The position numbers and the translations under genes were made by a program. DNA of 62,446 nucleotides, counting the filler, from Sluysia triapertura (taxonomy: Eukaryota): NCBI GenBank assembly GCA_046118255.1. It is 5 parts of 5 records of this genome, joined end to end, with 100 filler letters (N's around TTAATTAATTAA, not from the genome) between each part and the next. Parts side by side here need not be neighbours in the genome. Positions count along the whole stretch, not along the records: positions 37,695 to 50,771 come from JBJNIA010061425.1; 4 more parts are not named here. One strand, written 5' to 3'. A model generated the notes under the pieces. That model had not been told where the DNA came from and ran no database searches. It saw nothing but the letters and a program-made list of their open reading frames with translations. Shown here piece by piece: positions 37,951 to 50,871 of this stretch. Each line of letters starts with the position of its first letter. Positions within the stretch are counted from its first letter, which is position 1.

Positions 37951-40548
37951 TTTATATATTAAAGGATTTTAAGTATATTTTACAGTGATATTTAATAATA
38001 TCTCGTCCTAAATAAAATAACCAACATTTACAAAAAGAAATTTTGTTAGGTTAATTTGTGAAAGTGCTTCAAGTCTTGTCCAAAAATTGTGTTTCACCAA
38101 TTCACCAAAACGAGTCAAAAATTAAAATTGTAATTGAGTAAAAAGAATTGTGTAAAATATGTACATGTGATTAGTATTTATACACTTCACACATTAACCT
38201 TGAAGGTTATTTAAACAAAATTATTTAAACAAAATTATTGAAATTTCAATTTTTTAAGCAAAATTATTAAAAGTTAATAATTAAAATAAAATAAACTTAC
38301 AATAAAATTATTAAAAGAATCCAATAAAAATCCAATAATAATAAAATCGTAATATTTAAAATTAATAATTAGAATCAATTAACATCAATAATTGTTTTTT
38401 AGAAATAATAATATGTATTTTAAACATTATTAAAATCAATAATTGTTATTTTTGGATTTGACGTCATGAATTGTTAAATTTAGTAATGTTAACTTTGACC
38501 TTTGACACATGTATATACTATTTATATATTTATTAATATATGTATACTATGTATTATTTTATGCACATATTATTTATTAAATTGTTTTCGTAATTGATTA
38601 AATAATTCGTACGACAGTATCAAAATTACATAGTTACAAACTCACCCCAAAATCATTGCATTTTGTTAGTTAAATATTAAAATTCATTTCCGAAGATTCT
38701 ATTTAATTTGAATTCTACGTAATATATATATATTTTTAACCTATCATTGCAATAAGACAAAAACTGAATCCTTGTTAGAGTTGTGTCTTTTATACTTTTT
38801 ATTTCACAAATTATTAATCAAAACCCAATAATTAAACAACTTCAGAATTTCGATATATTTTTTGAATAATCAAAAATTTACAATTTAAAAGATAACAATT
38901 ATTCTTTATGACAACAACAATAGATTGAATTTGAACATAGACGGAAATTACAGCCGAAATTCAATCAGTAAAATTAGTCGGCTGAACAATACAGCTATAA
39001 TTTCTGTCTTGTTCAGTTCTTGATTTTAATTTCCTACAGCATCATAAAACTGCTATATAAGGAGATATTTTTTTGCATTAATTAGAAAATAAAACAACAG
39101 AGATAGAAATTAGATTTGAGTTACCAAAACTTTCTAGCTGAGGACGCTGCCTTGAAACATATGTGGTTAACAGTGATATTAACATAAATATTTAGGATTA
39201 GAGGACCTAGGATTAGTGATTTATTTTATATTGAATATATTTTGCATTAATACGGGTGTTACCCCTGGTTTTTTTATTTGTTTTCAGAGTAATTTACGTT
39301 GTTATAGGGAGTAATTTGCAATATTGTTATAAAGAATAATTCGTGTTTTGTTATAGAGTACTTCGTATTGTCGGTGTCGTAAAGAATTCATATCTTTTAA
39401 TTGTACATTTGTGATTATCCGAAGAATATATCGAGATTCTGAATTTTAGTTATTGGATTTTGATTAATAATTTATAAAGTAAAAAAGTATAAGACATTAT
39501 TGTACAGTGTTGTTATTAATTTAAATTGAAACAAGGTAGTGCTTCGGTTTTAATAAAAAATACAAGAATTTGTAATAATTTGCATTTAATTCGTAGTCAT
39601 TATAATTATTGATATTTTCTAAACTAACTTGCTTTGTTATTGAGTTAATGATAAACAAAGACGGAAGAATTTAACTATGAATTTAGTTCAGTAACATTGT
39701 AATACAGAAAATATAATTTTAGTTAAATTGTATTTTGGTTTACTGGTTTTGAATTTAAAGTTAATGCAGAATCAAATTGAAATATTTGAGATGCATTTAG
39801 AAAAATGATTTATTTGATAATCAAAAATAATTATAACTCAAATTACAAAATATATTAGGGGCTTTGGAACCAATTTTAGCATTATACTTCAATAAACTTA
39901 TTACATTCTGACTTTTCCAGTTTTTATGATTACTAAATCCAAACATAATTCAACGTTCAGCAGTTGTGAATAAAGTATCAAGATTTAATTTGTTCAGTAA
40001 AAAAACTAATATTCTTTAGAATAAAATTACTTATTGTCATACATTTACTGTCTATAAAGTATACATTTTATATCATTATTATAAATTTAATACATGGATT
40101 TTCCAAATATCGATACAAATGGGTTACGAATGAACAAAATACGAAAAGCGCTTATGAACATTAAATAATTAAAATTTGTAAACAAATAAGAGAAATACCA
40201 AATCCAAATTTCAACAATTTATTAAATCTAAAGCGTACGTATTTTTAGGAATACATAAATAAAAAATTTCGAATGTTTAAGAAAAATTACAACTTTTCAT
40301 CAAATTTATAAACACGAATATAATATCAACAAAAATTAGTAAAAGCAGCAAGTTATCGGTGTTTAGTTTATAGAGATTGGAGATCACTCTTATGAATAAG
40401 TGAATCATATTTAAAACAGTTTAGCAATTGTTTTCGTGTTAAAATCAAATACTCGTTTGGAATAATGATATGGCATTTATAATCTGAATTATTAAGTAGA
40501 TAAAAAACTGTTTCTATGATTCACTTTTATTAGAGGTTATGCGTGATA

Positions 40549-40626
<78 letters not shown>
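40549..40626. repeat. (AAT)n microsatellite
   Basis: Directly visible, about 26 units. Confidence 0.97.
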
Positions 40627-40839
40627 CTGGTTAAAATAAGACATTATTAAGCTATAATAATAATAATAAATTAAAAGTTTGCCAGTGTAAATTTATTTGA
40701 ATGACGACATTTTTATTTAATATATTAACAAAGTTATAATTACTGATAAGTATATCGTTTTAAAATTTGAAAATACTATTAAATTTGATATATAATAAAC
40801 TTCAACAATTTGAATTTAACAATAAAATACAAATAAGTG

Positions 40840-41709
40840 CTACGTATTAGGTGGAGAAGAAGACACCGATGCTTGACAAGATGAAGACGAAAATGCAGAA
40901 TCATCATCTTCATTTACAATTACTGATTTATGTTTGAAATTATAATGTTGATTTCCTTTAAATAAAGACTTTTTAAGTTTTTGTCCATTTTGAAATATTT
41001 CAACTGCATCATTGGAAACACTGGCTTTAGTAAATGTACCTATTTTGTGTGTATTATTACTAACTTCTTCCAACTTTATAATGAGCTCATCCATATTTAG
41101 ATACCTTTTGGGGTTTTCTAGATTATTTTGTTCTTCCACCTCTATTATGGACTCCAATGTTCCAACATTTCGTATTGAATTGTAACCTGATACCTGTAAT
41201 TTTTTAGATCTCTTATTTGATATTATTTTTTGATAAAATATATCTATATAACGAATAATAGATTCTGCGCAATTATTGATAGACTGATCAGAAATTTTTG
41301 CAGTATTTGCAAATTGAGTTAATCTTGTTGGTGACAAGAATATCAATGGTATTTTGTTAAAAACATTTTGATATTTTTGTCGAAATTCTAGTGCTAAGAC
41401 AATATGTCGTGCAGCCAGACTAATCAAACTGAGAGCTTGACACGACAATGTGAAATATGTTAATTCACAACTTGTAGCCAAGATACAAGCTATATGAATT
41501 AATTGATGATAAGCTTCTGATCCATAAGTTGACATTTGGTCAAAATCTACTTGTAAAAACAACTGCATATAATCCAAAATTGTTACATATTTTAAATCAT
41601 GATCTAATTTTTCAATTAATAATGACTTCATTCTGGGGAAATCTTCCATATGATTAAATGGTATTTGAGACAAAGCAAAAAGTAAAGTTAAACGATCTTT
41701 GCTAAGTGC
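40840..41709 (-). CDS. Terminal exon of a divergent cyclin-fold protein (cyclin G/I-like)
   Basis: TTTTTAG acceptor at 41710/41711, phase 0, frame open to the TAG at 40840. DFPRMKSLLIEKLDHDLKYVTILDYMQLF matches the cyclin-box end (xxRMExxILxKLxWDLxxxTxLDFLxxF), followed by an SLISLAA helix and a Ser-rich tail. Confidence 0.7.
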   Translation of the reverse strand, partial: ALSKDRLTLLFALSQIPFNHMEDFPRMKSLLIEKLDHDLKYVTILDYMQLFLQVDFDQMSTYGSEAYHQLIHIACILATSCELTYFTLSCQALSLISLAARHIVLALEFRQKYQNVFNKIPLIFLSPTRLTQFANTAKISDQSINNCAESIIRYIDIFYQKIISNKRSKKLQVSGYNSIRNVGTLESIIEVEEQNNLENPKRYLNMDELIIKLEEVSNNTHKIGTFTKASVSNDAVEIFQNGQKLKKSLFKGNQHYNFKHKSVIVNEDDDSAFSSSSCQASVSSSPPNT

Positions 41710-42080
41710 CTAAAAATAAATTAAAAGAAATAGTTAACAAATTAATTTAATTTTATAAACATAATTAAATGTGAATTATGTATTTAACGTTAAGTATTTT
41801 TAAAATGAATAAATTTTGCTAGCGTAAGAGACTAAGCAATAAACACGTTAAACTAAAGCTTCTCACAAACGTCTATTTAATTTTATATTTAAAAAGGATA
41901 TGTTTTCTTATCCTGTTACTGCAAATTCTTAATTTTTATTTAATATATGTATATTACTATTTTATTAAATTAAAACTACCCTCATTTTTTATTTTATTTA
42001 TTCTATCTGAAATTGTAAATTTCTACACAATTATTAAAATTAATAAGTAAAAAAATCCAATAAAAAATTAAGATTAAAAT

Positions 42081-42260
42081 AATTTTTATTAACCTTCCAT
42101 CTATCAGTCAGGTAAATATCATGAAAATTGTTTTGACTTATTAACTTTTTATATAGTAGATCAATGGTTTAAATTTTGTTATTTTATGAGTCCAGTGATC
42201 TCACATGCTATGCACTGCATACATACTTTTTTGATAGATGGAAGGTCAAATAAAAAAATT
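42081..42260. mobile_element. Small inverted-repeat element (MITE-like)
   Basis: Perfect 15-bp inverted pair ACCTTCCATCTATCA (42092-42106) / TGATAGATGGAAGGT (42232-42246), extended by AT-rich inverted flanks. Confidence 0.6.
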
Positions 42261-45200
42261 ACTTTACATATTATTAATTCCTTCTGAAAGTAAATAAAGT
42301 CCTACATAATTATTATTATGATACAAAATAACAAAAATATTTTTAAATTACACAGAAAAATCCTTTTTACATATGAATTTCTACAAATAAAATATACAAA
42401 TTTTTCTTAATTAAATACAATTTAAAACTACATTTATAGTAGCAGAAACGAAAAAATTCAAAAGATATAAATATAAATTAATGTGATTTACAAAAAGTAT
42501 TATTTATCTTTAATTGAACTAAGTCTTAAAAATAATATAATTAAATAATAATTGAAGGGTTGAGAGAAGTTAAATTTAAAGAAAGTTAGATTTTATGTGA
42601 CAATAAACTCATTGAATCTAGATTGGCAGGCAAACGTTAAAATATTAAATTTAAAATTTGTTGCAATAAATTTAAAATTAGTGTTTTAAAATTTATTTTT
42701 GAAATTCGCTATCACAGTACTAATCCGACATCTTGAAATTAAGCATTTTGTTTACATAGTAAGGCAAAATATTAAATAATTTCAGGTGATGATAATATTG
42801 CGAATTTATGTAAACGTTTATTTTGAGAAATAACACAAAAAATAAACACTGGAAGAACATGTTTATTAATTGAGAATTTTAATAGAAATTGTATCCATCT
42901 AAAATGAGCAATGAAGAAAGAAATGTGATAAGTCAGAAATTTATTAAATGAGATACTTTTTTAACTGCTTCAAACGTCGAAAAGCTTAAGGTTACATTAG
43001 AAGTCTACTGAAAAGGAAAATCTACCAGAAACAAAATATAAATTTCGTGACAGAAACAAGTAATATCCATGTTCAATGTCTCCTATCTTGAACAAAAAAA
43101 TGTCACAATAGCTGTACGTAAAAAGTAATAAATTCTGTCCATGTCAAAATCGCTGAAGATAATCGTAATTATAAGAATATTTAATTAAGACGCTACAAAT
43201 TTTATATTATTATATATTAATTTATTGCTACTAAAATTAAAATCAAATGATTTTAAATGCAGAAAAAAGTTCGACATAACAGAAATTAACTATATAAAAT
43301 AAATTATTAAATGGAATCAAAGAATTTATTGGCCACCGTGTATAAATGAAAAATACTATAAAAGACGTAAGTTTTTCACACCTTAAGTCAATAGTGATTA
43401 AGTTTCATTAATTAGTATTGAATTTGTTCAAGGTTCAAAATTTGAAAACATTTTAAATAAAATCATAAAACTGTATTGTTCATACTTTACCATATCTAAA
43501 AACGACTGAAAAACCCAAAAGTATATTCATAAACACAAAAAAGTAGTCAGAAACATTTTAAAATAACAAATCAGAAATTAATAAAAGAATGTGAAGGAAG
43601 GTGAGAATCAATCAAACTTAATTAACTTCCACAAAAGATCGTGGATTAAAGGCATATGCCAATAAAACATAAAAATCCACTAAAAGCGAATGCTAGAAGA
43701 CATAAACAAATGTTAATTAACAAGTCACATTTATATGAATAAAGTACGCAGTTAAAATTATGCGAAGTTTAGTACATTAAAAATATAATTACCAAAGCGA
43801 TGTGTACTGTAATTAAATATAGATAAAACTGACCATAGAATGTAGTATAAGATCCAGTGTATATGGATTATTAGTAGAAAGTAAATTAATGGATTAAATG
43901 GAAGCTGATTATAGTGAAAGTATTATGTGATGAAAATTGAATAGTAATTGGTTATAATTTGTGAAAAAAGGTTGGAAATTTAACATTCATAAAATCATTT
44001 TAAAATCTAATCTCGAGTCAAGTTTTCAAGTATGATCTTATTTTTAATTTTATTTTAACATTTTATCTCGAGTAATATAATTTAATTCAGGGCGAAATAA
44101 AACTTTGTAAACCACAATGAACACTTATCGATTATTACTTTAAATATAAATTATACTTTAAACTTATTCTTTACCGAAGATTAATGATTCTTGCTCATTT
44201 TAAAAATATTCGTAAACTTAAGCAATTATGAGCTTTATAAAACTATATTTTTTATAAATGGTGCCGATTTAACTATGTAGTAACTGACAATATTAAATGA
44301 CTAATATTAAATGATTAGTCTCTGAAAAGTTCGTTTCTGATGTAAGAAATCGAAGTGCAAATAAAATTTTACATTTTCTTTCGAAAATTGAATAACTACA
44401 AAAACAAGATGAACTAAAATATATTCTTACAATATACTACAAAAATACTAAAAGTACCACACTCAAAAACTAATTTTGTTAATTTTTAAATTGTAATTGA
44501 TTTTTTAAAATACTAAATACTTACTCAATTAAAAGTCCGATGTACAAAATCATCTGAGAAAATCTAAATGTTTGGCACAAAAATCTTCCAACTCCAAAAT
44601 AATTAGTCAAACATCTTACAAATCTAATTATATTTCAGGCTTTTACAGTGACAGTACTTTTCACAGATGCCACAATAAGAATTTTCTGAAAATTTTCTTT
44701 GATTATATTCTGTAATTTCTTCATAATCAATTTTTCAGTATAAGTAATTCCACCAAATTTCATATTTTTACCTGTACATGGCCAATTCTCTCCATATAAT
44801 GTTAATCACATTCTATATTTTAATTCTGGCTGCATTTTTATCCTCTTTTAGTTTTTTCTATATTATAGCTATATCTATATACGTCTTATTATTAATTCGT
44901 GTCCTTGCACTTCTAAGGTATTCTTGCGTTTAGCACTTTCTTTCTTGGATAATTAAGTTCGTTAAGTTCTAGTCTTCCTTATTTTTCTTTTGTTATCTTT
45001 AGCACATTTTTGAAATGTTTCTTTTTCAAATTCAAATTTATATGATTTTATTACGTTCTAAGGCAATTGACTTTAATTAATTATTATGTTAATTTGAAAA
45101 GGTTTTATTTAGAAGAATTTGCTATTACATTTGTGAGAAATTAAAAAACTATAAACATAACATTTCCATCTTTGAGCAATCGAAAGGAGTCAAAAGTACT

Positions 45201-47045
45201 CATTATAACCTATATTTAAAATATAGGTTTAAAATTTTAAATAAAGCATAAAATTTAAAATATCGACTTATCAATTAAAATACATTGAGTAAAGATAATG
45301 AAACGATAAAATTATAAATTCTAAACATAATTTATCTTGCCCTATATGCGATTAATTGTGGTTAACGGATTAGTTTTACCAGTGGTTTTTTAATTACAGA
45401 CATTAACACACTACGCTTCATAAGTAAATAACAAAAATTTAAGTAAAATTCTAATTATTTCGAGTGGTTTCTTTTAAGGATACTTATCGACTTTGGTTAT
45501 AAAATATACCACAGTGTATTAAGGGTTTAAATCATTTCTGAGTACGCTGAGTTAAAGTTTTAAATTATTTTCATCGCAAAATTTTTACTTCCTTATCTAC
45601 CATTAGAGACAAGTTCAGAACTACATTCTATATACAAACTAATTTTTTAACCGAATTAATATAAAATCTTAAAGTTTAAAGTTCATAATACTTACGATAA
45701 TTTGAATGTAAGTAATTTAACCGTAAAGGGAAACAAAATTTAATACGAATAAATAAAAATGAAATTAAAGCTAGTTTTAAAAGATATTATATGCAAATTT
45801 AATTCACAATTTCAAAAATTAGAAAATACATAATATGTCAAGAGTTATGTAAGCAAATAACTCAATCTATATTAATCGGACTATAATAATGTTATTAACT
45901 AATCTATGTGATAACATTTCAAAAATGACATTGACAATTTTAATCTTTTTTTATTAGTTATCAACAAAAGTTATCATGCAAATAATTATCAAAACATATA
46001 AAGGAAATATATGTATTTTATAAGTTTAACGGAATACAAAAATATTTTACTTTCGAATGTACTACAAATGAGGTTCTTGAATAATTATGCATAAATTACG
46101 GTTTACCGGAAAACATTATTTATTGAAATTACAAATCAGTCGAAATTTTTATTTATGAAAAAATTTACGTAACTGTATAAAATACTTCTTATATGCGTAA
46201 ATCCAATATAAATTCTTAATAACCACGCAAAATTACATTTTACTTGTAATAATGCCTTTGGTATGTATGTAATTTACTAAAGAATGCAATTAATTTTGTC
46301 ATTATGAATGTAATAAAATCAATAATATTGAACATATTACTTATTTTTACCGAATTCATTTATTGCGTTATTAAGTTCACTTTAATTAGGATATATACTA
46401 AATATTGCTTAATTATTCAAGTTAAACATCCAATTTCATTAAAAATTATAAATAGTAACTAATATGAAAAATTGTTCAGCTGTGTAATGAAATATGTGCC
46501 ATTGCACCATGTTTTAATATCGTGCTGCTATGGAACTTTTTTACATACCTTATGAACAGACGCAGAATCCAATATACTCTAATATATTGGATTGGTTAAT
46601 ATGCACGTTTATTGCTACCACACTATCCAAACATGTACTAGTTCTATTCATGTAACTTACAAGCAAATACTGAGCTTAGCTAGTAATGATTTCCGATGGT
46701 TCACAAAAATGTGCATTAAGAAGGGTATGTGGATAAATCGATTTTTTCGTTTCACCTTATAGATAGAGTAAAAGATTTTATGAATACATCAATTAGCTCA
46801 TGGAAAACATTTAAGTTATGAAATATTGCTAGATTTAAATTAATAATTAAATTTTTAAATTTTATTCTAATATTTAATTATATTTATTGTATAATTATGT
46901 TAAAATACGTTTAATATAAACAATTTATGTTATTCACAAGTACAATAATTTAACACAACTTTAATGATGTGCGAGAATTAAACATAATTTTTCATATATT
47001 GTAAATAATATACTTTATCACTTTTATACTATATAATGACTACAA

Positions 47046-47680
47046 CAGCGTTTCTCAACCTTCTTACCTTGCGATCCAATTTTTTATTACATAAAGGAAT
47101 GCTAAGAAATAAAAAACATTATTGGCGCTAATTAGCGTTTTGATTATAGATTAATTTTTTGCATGTAGTTTATATTTATGTTATAATATATTATATTATT
47201 TATACTATGCCGCGAATCCGCAACCCAACTATACTACATAGTATATAATATTAATAATAGAAAAAAATCGAAAAAGTGATGAATTCCGATTAAACGTAAT
47301 TAATCTCTATTAAAGTTTTTTATTATTAATCCTTTAAGTACGGGTCACATCAATAAGCGTTTTTTTCGTAGCTTCTGCGATAGCCGGGTAGCATTAATGT
47401 CTTCTACCGAAATACCCTTATTGCCGCTGCATATAAGCTGAGTATGTGTAGTATAGAGTATGATAGGATATTTTGGATTTGTTTAAATGTCTATTCCACA
47501 TTTAGAATCATGGAAGTCCTACTCTATTTAACTTACTAAATAATTTACAAGTCTCGTCGCTTCGTACTTTCATTCGGATTTCTATATTTTTCGAAGTCAA
47601 TTGTAACCGTTATTTTTTTTATCAACTTCTCGCGAATTTCCCGCATCAAAGCGTTCGTACTTTGATAATTCAAAGAGTGA
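47046..47680 (-). mobile_element. Deleted hAT (Buster/Charlie-type) element remnant
   Basis: CAGCGTTTCTCAACCTT terminus at 47046. Minus-strand fragments TSMIL..RHLNK and LMLP/PAIAE resemble SMxPSKLxRHL and GExLILPA. The other end was not identified. Confidence 0.45.
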
Positions 47681-48059
47681 TGCAAAATGATACATGAGTG
47701 AAATAGAGAGTACTGATCATAGTGATACTAGCAGTGACAATGATGAAGAAAGTGATAAGCAGTTTTACTTGGCGAAATGTGAACAATTTTACACCCTGCG
47801 AGTGCGATATTGCGAAATCCGTACCGAAATGGATAATTAACTTCATTAGAAACATATATATGGGCAATAAATCTCTGTCATTATATTTATGAAAATGTTA
47901 AACCAGAGACTGCAAATGTTTGCAAGCACATTTTGCAATACATTGGAATACATGGCATTACATAGATTAATGAATTAACCTATTAATAGAAAAACATCTA
48001 ATGAAGCATCAAGCGCAACTTGACATTAATAATAAACTTTTTAAATTAATCAATAATTA

Positions 48060-48560
48060 GTACTAGGAAAACTGCAGTAACATTTTAGTCATAAATTCAG
48101 CTTTGGCAGGTTAGGGTGAAAAATAATAGCAATAGTAAGAAAACGCGGAATTTGTATAAATATACTTATGTGGATCAATGAATTCTTCAGAAACAAATTA
48201 GAGTAAAATCCGGTAAAGATGGGAACCAGTGAATACAGGTATATCACAAAGATATACTAAGATTAAAACTGCTGCCCATTCTTCTATTAATGTTGGATTT
48301 TATGTAGATGACATCACTTTATGTCGTACTAGTAAAATCATCAAGGAATTTGATAGAAAACTCAACAAAACTTTACTTGTAATTTAGGAATGGGATATTG
48401 TGATTAAATCCTAGCAAAATTAACATATCAGGAAAAACAAAATCACATGAACAATTTACATAAACAATCAAATGATTTAGAAATGAAATTGAAGTGATAC
48501 TGAACATCAATTTCTTATGGAATTTCAATACATAAATTCTCTTTATGCATCCTTTTTGGT
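48060..48560 (+). mobile_element. Non-LTR retrotransposon RT fragment (Jockey/I-like), decayed
   Basis: VNTGISQ (~GVPQGS), then GFYVDDITLCRTSKIIKEFDRKLNKTLLVI*EW (YxDD motif plus LQxxLxxLxxW). Confidence 0.6.
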
Positions 48561-50771
48561 TTTCTGAGTAATTTTATAACATATTCTACTAATATTATAA
48601 TATGGCCAATTAATTTTTCAACTTCATTTTATAACTATTCTATAATTATTCTTTCTACAGATAGTCAAGAATTTCAATAACTTAAAATTATTAACACTAA
48701 GTGTTTTATAAAATCTATCTTTTACTCGAGAATTGAAATTAAAATTAAATTTGGAAAATATTGCTTGGCATTTGACTCTTAAAATAAATAATTAACATCA
48801 TACTTAGAATTTAAAAACGTTCATGGATAAAATTATAATTTTAACGCAATTATTTAAGTCTGCACAATATTTGTATATCGCTGCCATAAATGAAATTAAT
48901 AAATTTGTTATATTTAAATAAATGTATATGTATCAATGAAATTTTATCGCATTCAGATAATTCTAAAAATTGAAATAATTTTCATTTCTCAGAAAAAAAT
49001 TTCTGGTTACTTGAAAATGGATTTCTATGATTAAATTAATATCTTGTCGCGGAAAGCTTGATAAGTAAAGTTTGATAATCGCTAATAAGCTAGGTTTGCT
49101 AATTAAATCACGTTGATAGCAATGATCCTCATTTAGAACAAGAAGTTGGTTCGAATTAATTATAAGTATAATTATAATTATAGGCATAAATTGATTGTTT
49201 TTAATAAAAATTTTATATTTCATAATTATTTTGGTTTGCGGGTTCTATTTTTTATTTTGTGGATCTATATCTTCTTAATATTGTTATTTTATTTTAGAAT
49301 TGCCTTACAATAAAAATTGTTCATTATTATGCTCATTGAAAATAATATTATCTAGGCTTTAATTTTATCTTTTCGCACTGTATCTACTGCATTTACATAA
49401 GAATTCGAATTAATAAAATAATTTTTTGAATATAATTACAGGTACATAAAAAAATTGTCATTTATGATTTATATTTATATTATATAAATATAAAGTAAAT
49501 CATATTTTACTCAGTAAATACACAACTAAATTTGTAATAATTAATTGTCGACTAGAAAATTAGAAAAATAAATTATCGTTGTAGTGTTCAGCTCATACAT
49601 AAACCACTAACACATACAATCACAATTATTCACCACACATTACACCAACATATAATAACTTAAAATATATCATTTATTAACTTGAATAATACATAATACA
49701 CGTTAATGTAAATAAATTATAATATACTAAAATTACAATAATTTATTATTAATCTTACTTTTGATTCGCCGTGACCACCTTTTCCAACCCCATCAACATA
49801 GTGTAAATTTTTACACCTTTTCTTTTTATCATTATTAGTAACATTATTACATGTTTATTATTATTGTTACCAATATGGTCTAATAGCGCATGAGTAAAGC
49901 AGTACTTCATTAACTCAGGATATTTCTTTAGTTTGTGATAAATATAAAGAACATTAGAGATAATTAAACACTAAAATCAATAATACAATAAACCATACTT
50001 ATTGATTAGTTCGTCTGTATATGTCATATTTTAAATGAACAAAATACAATTGCAGAAAACCTTCTCTAACATTAAGTACTGGATGATCATTCTAGAAAGT
50101 AGCATAATTATGAAATTTATTGGTGTATAAATGCGTCAATATAGTTAATAGTATTAGGTTTTTCTCAATAAAGTTAAATTTCTGTGTCATAATAATCGTA
50201 CTTAATAAAAGGTTGTATTAAATAAGAAGATAATTTTGTGTATCTTATTGAAATAAAAGTTATTACGTAACGACGTTTTGTGTTCAATTTAATTTAGTAT
50301 TATTACAATCATTATGTTAAATTTTAAATCAGGTCGGATAATTGTTTTTTTTACAAATCGACCAAAATTGTAATTATTAAAAATAGTCGGCTTCGGATCG
50401 ACTTTAGTGATTGAGCATGCAGATTATTTATTAACGAAATACTATATATATACAATTTCATTTTTATTGTCATCAGCTGCAATATTGTTAGAATTATATT
50501 AAAGATTATAATTTTGTGAAATATAATTTTAATAAGTTATAATTTAGCAATGTTTTTCTATTTTATTAGAATTGTTTAAACAACAAATACTTTATGGGAG
50601 AAATGTGTTTGTAGTAATAGTAATGGTAATTATTATCATTATAAAATCAACAATCACAATATAAAATAAGAAGTAATTGTTATTACTATTATTATTATTA
50701 TTTATTTGTTTTTATTAACATTGCTCCTTAAAAGTTTATTTTTTTAGTTATAAAATTTAAATTATACATTA

Positions 50772-50871
50772 NNNNNNNNNNNNNNNNNNNNNNNNNNNNN
50801 NNNNNNNNNNNNNNNTTAATTAATTAANNNNNNNNNNNNNNNNNNNNNNNNNNNNNNNNNNNNNNNNNNNN
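50772..50871. other. Artificial contig linker N44-TTAATTAATTAA-N44
   Basis: Same 100-bp linker. Confidence 0.98.

Noticed and set aside
42780-43343. Tc1/mariner-like end TGGCCACCGTGTA with an LKRKIY fragment
   Set aside because: Only one putative terminus and one weak motif.
46520-46740. NILDWLICTFIATTLSKHVLVLF (cyclin helix-1-like, + strand) and a minus-strand GTATGT donor at 46548
   Set aside because: The motif is on the wrong strand for the cyclin gene and followed by stops; the minus-strand frames close within a few codons of the donor.
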